From: an uncultured Phycisphaerales bacterium | Lineage (GTDB): Bacteria; Planctomycetota; Phycisphaerae; Tepidisphaerales; Tepidisphaeraceae | DNA: 64,000 bases | Reading direction: 5' to 3' | Assembly (NCBI GenBank): GCA_963758525.1 | Contig: CAVWVQ010000001.1 | Location: forward strand, 160,001-224,000 | In this document: positions 32,813 through 42,018 of the stretch, in pieces | Layout: every line of letters starts with the position of its first letter | How positions within the stretch are numbered: the first letter of the stretch is position 1 | Program-made: the position numbers and the translations under genes | The notes under the pieces: generated by a model | Seen by the model: only the letters and a program-made list of their open reading frames with translations | What the model was told of the DNA's origin: nothing | Database searches by the model: none

Positions 32813-35506
32813 TCACCGCGAGGCGGTGGGGCCTTCCACCTTCACGAACACGTTCTGAAAGGCCTGATTGCCCTTGGAATCGGTTGCCCGCAGGGTGACC
32901 TGATGCGTCCCGGTCGCCAAGCCTTTGATGTCAAAACTGATGGATTCAGTGGGACTGTCGTAGATGTTACTGACTGGAAGCACCAACTGCCAGTCCTTGC
33001 CCGAATCGACGACGTAATCGACCGCCGCAACGGTGCTCGACTGGTCCGCAACGGTCAGGGCCAGATGCACGGCCGCGCCGCTTTGCTTCCATTGAATGTC
33101 GCCGACATCGGGAGGTGTATTGTCCACCACGATCGGGTCGCTGACGCGCGACGCCGTCTTTCCCTGGCCGGGGGCGTTGGCGCCGGCATCGGAAGCGACC
33201 ACTTTGATCTGATAGCGACCATCCGCCACCAGCCGGGTGTCCCATTGGAAAGTATTATCGGTCAGCCCGTCACGAAGCAGAATCCACGGGAGATCGGAGC
33301 CGCGGCGGAAGTAGAGGGAATAGGAGAGCGGGTCGCTATTGGGGTCGGATGCGTCCCAGACCACATTGACCACCGGTTGCGGTTCCACGCGCCGCGCATC
33401 AATCGGCGCCGGCGGTGGAGGGCTGCCCGCCTGCGGAGATGCCTGCTGCTGCGCCGCCGCGGCGGCGCTCTGCGCCGCGGCATCCGGTCCGCTGACCAGC
33501 CGTATCGATTTGATCTGCGGCGCCAGGTTCGGCATCTGATACGCGACGGTCACGTCATCAACGATCGGTGACTTCGTGCCGTCTTTGCTGCTGAGCGTCA
33601 GGCGGTATTGCATGAATCGCGCCGAGGGTGAGGTGACCGGCAGAAAATCGTGCGCGGAGACGTCGTCGGTCCACTTCGACCAGTCCTTGTCGGACGCCTC
33701 CTTTACGTTGCCGCTGCGCGTGCTGACCATCAGCGTGGTGCCGGCGGGAAGCGAGCCGTGAAGCTGCATTTTTCCGAACCGGCTGATTTGCGTGGCGTCC
33801 AGAACCGAGCTGATATACGTGCCGCGGGTGGCAAAGCCTTCGCTCATCGTGGCGATGCTTCCGACATTGGCCATGCCGACATAGAGCTGCCCGTCATGCG
33901 CGGCCAGGAGGCAGGTTACCTGTTTGGCATCGACTTTTGCCAGCGCCACGGTTTCCCCGGCGTCCGGATCGACCTGGAAAATCTGCCCTTCGCTGCCCGT
34001 CGCGATCAGCAGTGTCCCATTATTTTCCACCATCGCCAGCACAAGCACCTGCTGGCGGAAGACCTCGGTGACAAAGCCGTCCCGATCGATCTTGTAGACA
34101 GCGTTGCCCTCCGGCTTGGCTTCGCCGGTCCCGGCGGTGTCGACGGGAGGCTGTTTCGTCACATCGGGGCTTTCCGAGGGCGCGGTCTCGGGCTGGGCTT
34201 TGGGAAGGGTGGCCGAATCGTCAGGAGTGTCTGCCGCGGGCGCATCGCCGGCTCCAAGGACGCACTGGATGACCGGCGGGGTCTGACAATTTCCAGGCGA
34301 CAACGGACCGACTGCGTTTACATGCCCGCGATTGCAGGCTGGAAGCTTTCTCGACAATGTGCTGCTCGGAAATTCGCCCATGCTCACGACCGGCTGGCGA
34401 AGGCGAAGCGCGGCGTGCTGCTTGGGAATCGGATCAGGCCGGCCGGGATTGGGATCGGGCGGGGCCGGCTTCTTTGGCGCTTCGGGAGGGGCTGCCGGGA
34501 TCGGAACCCCGGTCTGCCCTCCCTCGGGCCGGCCGGTTTTGTCCTGGGCATCAGGATTCTGCGGCGGAGCGGGCGGTTCCTCGCGCGCCTCGCCCGTGGC
34601 GGCATACAGATTTCCTTTTTGGTCCAGCGCCAAGGCCGTGATCTCCGCCTCGGGCGCGTTGTACACGACAAAACTTTCGCCGGTGTTGCGATTCACGCGG
34701 TAGACCAGCCCGTGAGGGTCGGTGCCAACGTAGAGCATCTCCTTGCCGTCTGAAACGAGGCTCAGCAGGTTGTTCTCCGCCGTTTCGAGCAGGACTTTCG
34801 ACGAGCCGTCCGGTTTAATCTGAAAGAGTTTTCCGGTGGGCCCGGTGGCTGCATACAGATTGCCATCGAGAGTCGCCGTCAGCGACCAGATATATTGAAC
34901 GCCGTCGGCGGAAAAAATCTCCCGCGGCTTATCGCCCGGCTTATCGATGCGCAGGATCTTTCCATGTTCGCCTCCGGTTCCGACCAGCAGCGCGCCGGCC
35001 TTGTCCACCGCCAACGAAAGCACGTCCGTCGCGTCAGCAATCTGCGCCGCGGTGCTGACCTTCTGATCCTTCACCTGCAGCAATACCGCGTTAGGCCCGG
35101 TCCCGGCGTAGATCGTGCCGTCGGGCGCTTCAATCAGCTTGTTCACCGTGCTGATGCGCGGATCTTCGTCTAAAAGCGTCTTGACCGCTCGTGAAAGCTT
35201 CAACTCGCCGAGGTTGGTCGCGACCACGCTGTCGAGCGTCCCGCTCTTGAAGTCGGCCTCGCTCGTTTGCGTCCAGTAGCTGGTGCTGACCGCCAAAGCC
35301 GGCGCAGCAAACATCGCAAGCAGACCGAGCACCGCCCACCATGGTTGCCGGCAGGAGGAGCCGGAAGCGATCGATGTGCGCCGCGAGAAGCTCGTCACGA
35401 AGTTCTTGTAGGGTCGACGTACTTGCCCGCCGCCTGGAAGGGGAGAAGAGGTGGGCGGGTACACCCGCCCTGCATTTTGATTCTCTCTGGGGGAGTGCAG
35501 CGTCAT
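32813..35506 (-). CDS. Large secreted beta-propeller protein, partner of the S55 peptidase (start uncertain)
   Basis: Repeated DGxxYAxTGPxG blades, TRSGN..WSKW, C-terminal Ig/FN3-like region. Confidence 0.8.
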   Translation of the reverse strand: MTLHSPRENQNAGRVYPPTSSPLPGGGQVRRPYKNFVTSFSRRTSIASGSSCRQPWWAVLGLLAMFAAPALAVSTSYWTQTSEADFKSGTLDSVVATNLGELKLSRAVKTLLDEDPRISTVNKLIEAPDGTIYAGTGPNAVLLQVKDQKVSTAAQIADATDVLSLAVDKAGALLVGTGGEHGKILRIDKPGDKPREIFSADGVQYIWSLTATLDGNLYAATGPTGKLFQIKPDGSSKVLLETAENNLLSLVSDGKEMLYVGTDPHGLVYRVNRNTGESFVVYNAPEAEITALALDQKGNLYAATGEAREEPPAPPQNPDAQDKTGRPEGGQTGVPIPAAPPEAPKKPAPPDPNPGRPDPIPKQHAALRLRQPVVSMGEFPSSTLSRKLPACNRGHVNAVGPLSPGNCQTPPVIQCVLGAGDAPAADTPDDSATLPKAQPETAPSESPDVTKQPPVDTAGTGEAKPEGNAVYKIDRDGFVTEVFRQQVLVLAMVENNGTLLIATGSEGQIFQVDPDAGETVALAKVDAKQVTCLLAAHDGQLYVGMANVGSIATMSEGFATRGTYISSVLDATQISRFGKMQLHGSLPAGTTLMVSTRSGNVKEASDKDWSKWTDDVSAHDFLPVTSPSARFMQYRLTLSSKDGTKSPIVDDVTVAYQMPNLAPQIKSIRLVSGPDAAAQSAAAAAQQQASPQAGSPPPPAPIDARRVEPQPVVNVVWDASDPNSDPLSYSLYFRRGSDLPWILLRDGLTDNTFQWDTRLVADGRYQIKVVASDAGANAPGQGKTASRVSDPIVVDNTPPDVGDIQWKQSGAAVHLALTVADQSSTVAAVDYVVDSGKDWQLVLPVSNIYDSPTESISFDIKGLATGTHQVTLRATDSKGNQAFQNVFVKVEGPTASR

Positions 35507-35639
35507 GAAAAACTCCGGGCGAGGGTCAGGGGATGGGTCGGAGACAGACGTTTCATAAAACTACTCAAGGCTCAGGACTTTTTGCAGATCTTCGGCGCCG
35601 GATGCCGGTCCTGGACGGTCAAGCCGGAAGAGGAGCGAT

Positions 35640-35760
35640 TGGGGATTGCAAATCGCAAATCGCAAATTGCAAAATTTGGAAAGGCGGCCACGGCCCCGTC
35701 CCCAATTTGCAAGTTGAAATTTGAAATCTCAAATTTGCAATTTGCAATCCTCAATTTGCA
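35640..35760. repeat. Heptamer repeats (AAATTGC / AATTTGC type) with inverted arms
   Basis: gcaaatcgcaaatcgcaaattgc ... aatttgcaatttgcaatc. Confidence 0.75.
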
Positions 35761-37817
35761 GCTCCCCCCGAATGCTCCGCCGGCGCGACGGCGGGGGGGC
35801 TTCCCTTATCGGCCTTGGGCGCCTGCGGCTCGTTGTTCTGCGCCTTTCCCGGATGCGATGCGCCAACGGTCACTTTCGGGCTGGTGTCAATCGTGATGGC
35901 AAACTCCGCCGACCCGCTCATCACGTCGTCGGTTGGAATCACCTTCACCGTCGAGCTGACAAATGCCGTCGTCGCGCTGCGGCCCGCGCCCAGCAGAATC
36001 TGTCTGCGCGATGATGGAAGCCGCTGCAGCGCCGTGCGCCCGATCGCCACTCCGTCCGGCTGCCGTACCAAACGCACGTAGAGCGCGTTGTCGCGGATTT
36101 TCGCAAGGTCGTGCAGCACCGAGAAAACGTCATCCACCTTCTCAGCGGTGAAGCGGAACGGCTGCGACTGCTGCTCATCCTGCACGTATCGCTGCGCGTC
36201 GGAGACGATGAGCCGATACGTTCCCTTCGGCAGATCGCGCGGCAATTCCATCTCGATCGGCAACGTTCCCTCATTGCCCCAGAACGGCTTGTAGGTCGCG
36301 AAGCCCTTGAGCATTTCCCCGGGGCGATATTTCTCCTTTGGAACGGTGATGTCGATCAATTGAGCCGCGTGCGGCGTCCCGCTGATGCGGATGGTGCCGC
36401 TCACACGCCGGATCAGAACGCGCTGAAACGGATTGTCCGCCGCCGTCACGATCGGCGTGCCGACTTCCCCAAACAGATCGGCCGCGGCGGCGTTTGCCGC
36501 GCGGTCCTGAATCCGCAGCGTCTGTCCATTGGCAAAGTCCATGACCAGGTCGTAATCGACCGTGTTGTATTGCGGCAGATCGTTGGGTCCCGTCAGTGCC
36601 GAGCCAAACGCCACGCCCGCCACCATCGGCGTCAGTTTCGGATGCAGCGCGCTTTGGAAGTGATACGACCGCGTCGGCGAGCCATCGGCATAAGAAACCA
36701 CATAGTCCATCGGCACCATCGGAGGCACCGCGCCCACGTGCCCGGCAACGCCCACCGACATATCCGTGGTCAGTGTCCCGCAACCTTTTGACATGGAGCC
36801 GAGCTTGAAGCTTGTCTGCAGGTTCGCGATCACCCCCTGAATTTCCCCGCCGCCCATCGGCAGGGCGATCGATCCTTCATTATTGAACGGATGCCCGAAC
36901 CCGAACATCCGGTCGCCCAGCACTTCGGTCACCGTGCCGATGGCTGTCAGATCCGCATCTCCCGTGAGCAGGGGAACGGCCAGCACCGAGCCTGGCTGCA
37001 ACGGCAGACCGTTGCCCTGCGGCGACGATCCGCCGCCCGATTGAAGCATCGTCAGCCCCATCGACTTGAACGCCGGCGTCAGCTCGTCCATCAGCCGCGT
37101 CGAGATTCCTGACGCCATCAGCGGGGTCGTCAACGGCCGCAGCCGCGGGAGCGATTCGCCATTGCCGGCAAGCGGTTCGTTGCCCGTCGATGCCTCATCG
37201 ACTCGCCCCAGGCCGGCCAGAAGATGATGCACCGATCGATATCGTGCCTGCATCATCAGCGCCACATTCGTCATCGACCATGCCGCCCGGCCCGCCGCCG
37301 GAGCATCATCGGTTTTAACCTGGCCGTCACCGGTTGCCGCGCTCTGCGAAGTCGTCGGCGACGGCTTCGCCCCCGGCAACGCCAGCATGTATTCGATCGG
37401 CTGGACGCCCGCCACCGGATCTTTCGTCAACGGCCACCCGTACGCGAATGCCCCGATCATCCGATCGCGACCCCGCGCGTCCCGCAGGTAAATCGGCGAG
37501 CCGCTCATCCCCGCGATGCTCCCCGCATGCTCCAGGAAATCTCCCTTGCAGCGAATCAGCACCACATCATCCTGCGGATTGAAATTTCGCAGGATCGAGA
37601 GCACTTCGATGTCAAACTTTTCGATCTTCGAGCCTTGAAACACGCTCAGCCCATACCCGGTCATCCCCGGGCGAACCTCTGAAATGCGCATGTGACGGCC
37701 CGGGTCAAACAGCGCCGGAGCGGGCGTCTGCTGCTCGATTTGCGCCTCGGCTCGCACCGATCTGCACAGACTCAACCCCAGCACCAATGCCACCGTCGCA
37801 AGACACACAGACTTCAT
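35751..37817 (-). CDS. SpoIVB peptidase S55 domain protein
   Basis: GMTGYGLSVFQG, IAGMSGSPIY, IGAFAYGW, FGFGHPF. Confidence 0.92.
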   Translation of the reverse strand: MKSVCLATVALVLGLSLCRSVRAEAQIEQQTPAPALFDPGRHMRISEVRPGMTGYGLSVFQGSKIEKFDIEVLSILRNFNPQDDVVLIRCKGDFLEHAGSIAGMSGSPIYLRDARGRDRMIGAFAYGWPLTKDPVAGVQPIEYMLALPGAKPSPTTSQSAATGDGQVKTDDAPAAGRAAWSMTNVALMMQARYRSVHHLLAGLGRVDEASTGNEPLAGNGESLPRLRPLTTPLMASGISTRLMDELTPAFKSMGLTMLQSGGGSSPQGNGLPLQPGSVLAVPLLTGDADLTAIGTVTEVLGDRMFGFGHPFNNEGSIALPMGGGEIQGVIANLQTSFKLGSMSKGCGTLTTDMSVGVAGHVGAVPPMVPMDYVVSYADGSPTRSYHFQSALHPKLTPMVAGVAFGSALTGPNDLPQYNTVDYDLVMDFANGQTLRIQDRAANAAAADLFGEVGTPIVTAADNPFQRVLIRRVSGTIRISGTPHAAQLIDITVPKEKYRPGEMLKGFATYKPFWGNEGTLPIEMELPRDLPKGTYRLIVSDAQRYVQDEQQSQPFRFTAEKVDDVFSVLHDLAKIRDNALYVRLVRQPDGVAIGRTALQRLPSSRRQILLGAGRSATTAFVSSTVKVIPTDDVMSGSAEFAITIDTSPKVTVGASHPGKAQNNEPQAPKADKGSPPAVAPAEHSGGAAN

Positions 37818-37953
37818 GTGCACCTCAATCAAATCCAGCGCCGAGGCTCGCTCCCAAACGGACCATACCATCGTAGTGGCCCAGCCATTTGCCAGCAATG
37901 GCGGCAAGAGCTCTTGCCCGCTCCCGCCTTTGTCTACTCTTTGCTTTCCACCC

Positions 37954-39035
37954 TCAAATTTCCCGCGCAGCGAGCCGATCGAGCGGGCTGGTTACCGCCG
38001 TCGCGGGCTTATTCATCACGTGCGTGTAGATCATGGTGGTCTTGAGGTTGGCGTGCCCGAGCAGTTGCTGCACCTGGCGGATGTCATAGCCTGCTTCGAG
38101 CAGATGCGTGGCAAAACTGTGGCGAAAAGTGTGCGGCGAAACACGCTTGCTCACCCCGGCGCGCCGTGCCGCCGCGGCGATCGTTCGTCCCAAAACCCCC
38201 GGATGCGCATGCCAGCGAAACCCGCGGCCCTGCTCGTCGCGACGAAGCGTCGCGCTGGAAAAGACAAACTGCCAGCGCCAATCCACCTCCGCCGACGATA
38301 TTTTGTTGGCCACCGGATCGGGCAGCGCCACGTACCCGCCTCCCTTGACCACATCGCGCCCGTGAACGGTTCGCACCCGCCGGCACCGCTCCGCCAGGGC
38401 CGCGCGCGATGACGTCGGGAGCATCACCATTCGGTCCTTCTGCCCCTTTCCGTCGCGGATGATGATCTGGCCCCGATCAAAGTCGATGTCGCGCAGCCGC
38501 AGCGTGCAGCATTCCATCACCCGCATCCCCGTCCCATAGAGCAGTTCCGCCATCAGCCGATGCATCGATCCCGAGCGGATCGCGTCGAGCACCACCGCGG
38601 TCTCATCGGCACTGAGGACCGTCGGCACCCGCGCCGGCCGCCGCGAGCGCTCCGCGGCGAATCTGCCCAGATGATCCTCCGGCACCTCGCCCGCGAGAAC
38701 CTGCTTATAAAGAAAGACAATCGCGTTGGTCGCCTGATTCTGGGACGAAGCGCTCAGGCGTCGATCGCGCGCCAGGTGGGTCAAAAATGCCTCGACGTCC
38801 GCCGCTCCCAGTTCCCGCGGATGGCGCCAGCGGACCCCCGAGGTCGACGGCGCAACCATCGCCGCCGACGAATCATCCATGGCAAGGAACTGATCGATCG
38901 CGTCCAGCGGCTTGGTTTCAGCCGGCTGGCGCAGTAGCGCAGAAACTCTCGAATCCATCGCTGATAACACTCAACGGTTTTCCGCGCCAGGCGCAGCCGG
39001 GCCGCCACCTCGCCGACGCGCTCCAGCAACATCAT
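37954..39035 (-). CDS. intI: Integron integrase (apparent frameshift near 38930)
   Basis: YGTGMR, GKGQKDR, HTFRHSFATH, LGH, TTMIYTH; integron-specific insert GYVALPD...WRWQFVF...RWH; N-terminus LLERV...WIREFLRY in a second frame. Confidence 0.93.
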
Positions 39036-39042
39036 GCATCCT

Positions 39043-39113
39043 AACCTAGCGCATGAATTCGTCCTGTCAATATTCCGGCGATAGTTGACACAGGCTGCGA
39101 AAATAAAGATGAT
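39043..39113. promoter_or_regulatory. Back-to-back candidate Pint and Pc promoters
   Basis: Minus: TTGACA(39070-39065)-16-TAGGTT. Plus: TTGACA(39085-39090)-17-GATGAT. Both conserved in the second platform copy. Confidence 0.6.
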
Positions 39114-39139
39114 TCTGGAACCGCGAGGGATTTCCTGTA

Positions 39140-39180
39140 ACCGCTATAGGGACCCCAGCGCGTGAGATTTGTAGTTCTCC
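39140..39180 (+). other. attI site of integron 1
   Basis: gtgagatttgtaG|TT; identity with the second platform ends exactly after GTT (39174-39176). Confidence 0.85.
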
Positions 39181-39196
39181 CGCACAGGCGCCTCCC

Positions 39197-39514
39197 TTGG
39201 AAGCGACCATCGAAATCATCAACACGCGCCCGGAACGCAGGCGGGTCTGGATCGAGCCTTGGTGCTCGGAACACTTCCTCGCGGCCGACCAGCAGCTCGG
39301 TATCATCATCGAGCACGCTTCAGAACCAACCTTCGATGTTCGGGAGGACGAGAACGTGACGGTTGTTTGGCTGAACCAACACACGGCGGCTTACATCTTG
39401 GACCACGGCGTGCGCCGCCACATCCTAGACTGCTGGTGCGAAACGCCGGCGTCGCCTACCGGAGGTGCGGGAGAACCAGCCGTTGCTGTGGACGGGCCCG
39501 CGTCGCGTCGTTAG
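39197..39514 (+). CDS. Cassette 1 hypothetical protein (reads into its attC)
   Basis: ORF between attI and attC1. Confidence 0.65.
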   Translation: MEATIEIINTRPERRRVWIEPWCSEHFLAADQQLGIIIEHASEPTFDVREDENVTVVWLNQHTAAYILDHGVRRHILDCWCETPASPTGGAGEPAVAVDGPASRR

Positions 39515-39579
39515 CTTATTCTTTATCCGCGTTCTTCCGGCGCGTCGCGTTGCCCGCCACAGAACGTCATCCGTTATCT
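39470..39579 (+). other. attC 1
   Basis: GGAGAAC-cagcc-GTTGCTGT...ACAGAAC-gtcatcc-GTTATCT. Confidence 0.9.
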
Positions 39580-39594
39580 GCCTCGGTGCTCGCC

Positions 39595-40386
39595 ATGTCC
39601 AAGCGATTCTCGACAACCATTGCGGCCGTCGCTCTGCTCGTCTCGGTGTGCCTTGCCGGCATCCGATCCGAGGGCAAGTACAGCGGCGTAGTCATCTTCG
39701 ATCGTTGGGGTGGGTGCACGCTCTACAGCGGCATCTACGTCATGTACGTCTCCGAGGGCGTCAAGGAGCAGCTGCGACCGGAGGCAGGCAAATGCGTGCA
39801 GCTTGACGCGACGAAGGTCGAGCAGCCGATGAATCCCGGCGATGGATTGATCAAGCAGTTCAAACTTCTCGGGGCCGCTCCCGCTGCTAAGGAGTGGGAA
39901 TCGCCGGAAGGATTGAAGCTCACCGTTGTCCGAGCCTTCGAGGATGGAAACGCGCCGGAGTTCATCATTCAAGTCGAGAATGTCAGCGATAAGCAGAGAA
40001 CACTTCGCATGGACTCCCTCGCTCCGACGCTGCTTGCTGCGAAGACAAAGGGCGGCGATCGGTGGAGCCCGTCCGACGGACCTTCGGCTGCGGTTGTCAC
40101 GCGCCAATCATTTTGGATCGGCACCGACGGGCCCCGTATGCAAGGGGCCAATGAGACCTGGCAATGGAAGGTCGTTGCCCCGCAGAAACTGGTCGAGAAA
40201 GTATCGCTAGATCCAAAGGCGGTTTTCGAGCTGCGATTGTCGTTCAAACTTCCGCCCGGGGAATATGAGTTCCTGGCTGGCTACGGCGGCGGCACGCATG
40301 ACGGTCAGTGTATCGCTTCAAATCTCATTGGCTTCGATGTGAAGGAAGATGGCACAGCGGTCCTGGCGAAATCGGCCGGCAGATAA
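39595..40386 (+). CDS. Cassette 2 secreted hypothetical protein
   Basis: Signal peptide MSKRFSTTIAAVALLVSVCLA; stop codon inside the R'' box. Confidence 0.8.
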   Translation: MSKRFSTTIAAVALLVSVCLAGIRSEGKYSGVVIFDRWGGCTLYSGIYVMYVSEGVKEQLRPEAGKCVQLDATKVEQPMNPGDGLIKQFKLLGAAPAAKEWESPEGLKLTVVRAFEDGNAPEFIIQVENVSDKQRTLRMDSLAPTLLAAKTKGGDRWSPSDGPSAAVVTRQSFWIGTDGPRMQGANETWQWKVVAPQKLVEKVSLDPKAVFELRLSFKLPPGEYEFLAGYGGGTHDGQCIASNLIGFDVKEDGTAVLAKSAGR

Positions 40387-40481
40387 CCACGCACTGGAAC
40401 GGACCGGCCGGGCAGAACGGTCCTTGTATTTCGAGAGATGGTCGAGCGCCCGGCCGGCCGTTCAATGCTGATCCGTTATAC
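40381..40481 (+). other. attC 2 (second subtype)
   Basis: AGATAAC..ACTGGAACGG..CCGTTCAAT..GTTATAC. Confidence 0.85.
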
Positions 40482-40498
40482 AGCACGAGGAGCTCTCC

Positions 40499-40834
40499 AT
40501 GTCAATTGCATATTGGTGGATTCCGAACATTCTCGCCGCGGTCGGTCTCGCTGTCTGCATCACTCAAGGCATTCGTCGTCACAGCCTCGGCCTCCTGCTG
40601 TTCGCTCTTTATTTTGCTTACAATCTTACGATCGCCGTTGTCGCGGCTGTCCGGCAACATGAGCAGGACGCCGAGTATGTTCGCAACTTCGTCGCTCGCC
40701 AGGTAGGTCCCAACACGTGGACGGCACCGGTGCTGCACAGCAGCGTGAATTTGGCGGCTCCGTTTACTCAGGCGTTGTTGGTTGTGGCGGTGATCCTCTT
40801 ATCGCGTCGTCTGGCAACCCGGCGTGCTGTATAA
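40499..40834 (+). CDS. Cassette 3 small membrane protein
   Basis: GAGGAG RBS, three hydrophobic segments. Confidence 0.8.
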   Translation: MSIAYWWIPNILAAVGLAVCITQGIRRHSLGLLLFALYFAYNLTIAVVAAVRQHEQDAEYVRNFVARQVGPNTWTAPVLHSSVNLAAPFTQALLVVAVILLSRRLATRRAV

Positions 40835-40938
40835 CCAGCCAATGCTGTGGACGGCCCCGCGTCGCGTCGAAAGTATGTCTTTGGTATAATGTCCCCCGGC
40901 GCGTCGCGTTGGCCGCCACAGATTGTCATCCGTTATGC
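40829..40938 (+). other. attC 3
   Basis: GTATAAC-cagcc-AATGCTGT...ACAGATT-gtcatcc-GTTATGC. Confidence 0.9.
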
Positions 40939-41285
40939 CCCTTGAGCCCTCCCGAGAACTAGTCCTCAGGAAGATCCGCGACTGCTTCCCAAATCCGCAG
41001 TCCGCGGCCGACGCTTTGGAGATCATCGACTTATACGGGACCAAGGACTCGCATCGTGAGCGAGAACGAGTTCAGCTCGCGATGCTCATGCAATCTCATG
41101 GCGACCTTGGGCGGCTTTGGCAACTTGAGGAGTTGGCCGACCGTGACTTCCGGGACGCGCTGGTTGGAGCCGAGTTCCCAGAGCAGTTCCAGGCACCGTT
41201 CAAAACACCGCCCGAGGAAATGGCGGCCATTCGGCAAAGGGATCGTGCGCAATACGAAGCGTGGCTGCAGTCCGGCGGGGCATAA
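40935..41285 (+). CDS. Cassette 4 hypothetical protein
   Basis: ATG inside the core site; ERERVQLA..GDL..DFRDAL..AEF motif. Confidence 0.75.
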   Translation: MPLEPSRELVLRKIRDCFPNPQSAADALEIIDLYGTKDSHRERERVQLAMLMQSHGDLGRLWQLEELADRDFRDALVGAEFPEQFQAPFKTPPEEMAAIRQRDRAQYEAWLQSGGA

Positions 41286-41390
41286 CCAAACACTGCTCTG
41301 GACCGTCCCGCGTCGCGTCGTATGATTGTCCCCGATCCTTGCGTCCCCTCGCGCGTCGCGAGGACGGCCAGAGAGTGTTATCCGTTCTCC
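41280..41390 (+). other. attC 4
   Basis: GCATAAC..CACTGCTCTGG..CCAGAGAGTG..GTTCTCC. Confidence 0.88.
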
Positions 41391-41403
41391 CGCCTCTGCA
41401 CTC

Positions 41404-41889
41404 ATGTCAGATGCCACCGACGAGTTTCGCCGCAAGCACCTCGACGAGGGTAACGGCGTCCGTTGGCCCAGCGGCGACGCCGCGAAAACGGACGTCGCCC
41501 AAACATTGCTCGGCATTCACTGTGTCGGCACCTGCGACTACTGGTATCAATTCGCCGCCGACCTGATCCAGAACCCGCAGCCGGAAAAACCGTATGTCAG
41601 GGCTTGGAATGACGCCGCCAAGAAAGACCGCGCGTACCGCGAAGCTTTTTCCACGTTCAATGATGAACAAAAGCAGGTTGTTCTGCGGCTGCTCCGGCAG
41701 GTCGTCAACGGGACAATGTACTCGGCGCTCGTGACGCTAGATCAGTTTCCGCACGCCGATGTAGTGATCCAGTTTGTCAATCGAGAAGATGATGCCGTGT
41801 ACACCGTGCAAGTGCTGCCAGGCGAATTCAACCTGCATGAGCGCTGGCATCAATGGGTAAAGGAGTTCTCTGATTTGCCGCAACCGTGA
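41404..41889 (+). CDS. Cassette 5 hypothetical protein
   Basis: 161-aa ORF bounded by attC sites. Confidence 0.78.
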   Translation: MSDATDEFRRKHLDEGNGVRWPSGDAAKTDVAQTLLGIHCVGTCDYWYQFAADLIQNPQPEKPYVRAWNDAAKKDRAYREAFSTFNDEQKQVVLRLLRQVVNGTMYSALVTLDQFPHADVVIQFVNREDDAVYTVQVLPGEFNLHERWHQWVKEFSDLPQP

Positions 41890-41909
41890 CGGCAGCGGAA
41901 CGGCCGGCG

Positions 41910-42018
41910 GGAGAACCAGCCAATGCTGTGGACGGCCCCGCGTCGCGTCGAAAGCTTGTCTTTGGTATAGTGTCCCTCGGCGCGTCGCGTTGGCCGCCAC
42001 AGATTGTCATCCGTTGAA
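41910..42018 (+). other. attC 5, core site interrupted by an intron after GTTGAA
   Basis: GGAGAAC...ACAGATT-gtcatcc-GTTGAA. Confidence 0.88.

Noticed and set aside
38925..38945. Programmed frameshift controlling intI, since both copies share it
   Set aside because: No slippery heptamer, and it sits at GCGC like the many other probable consensus errors. Unresolved without short reads.
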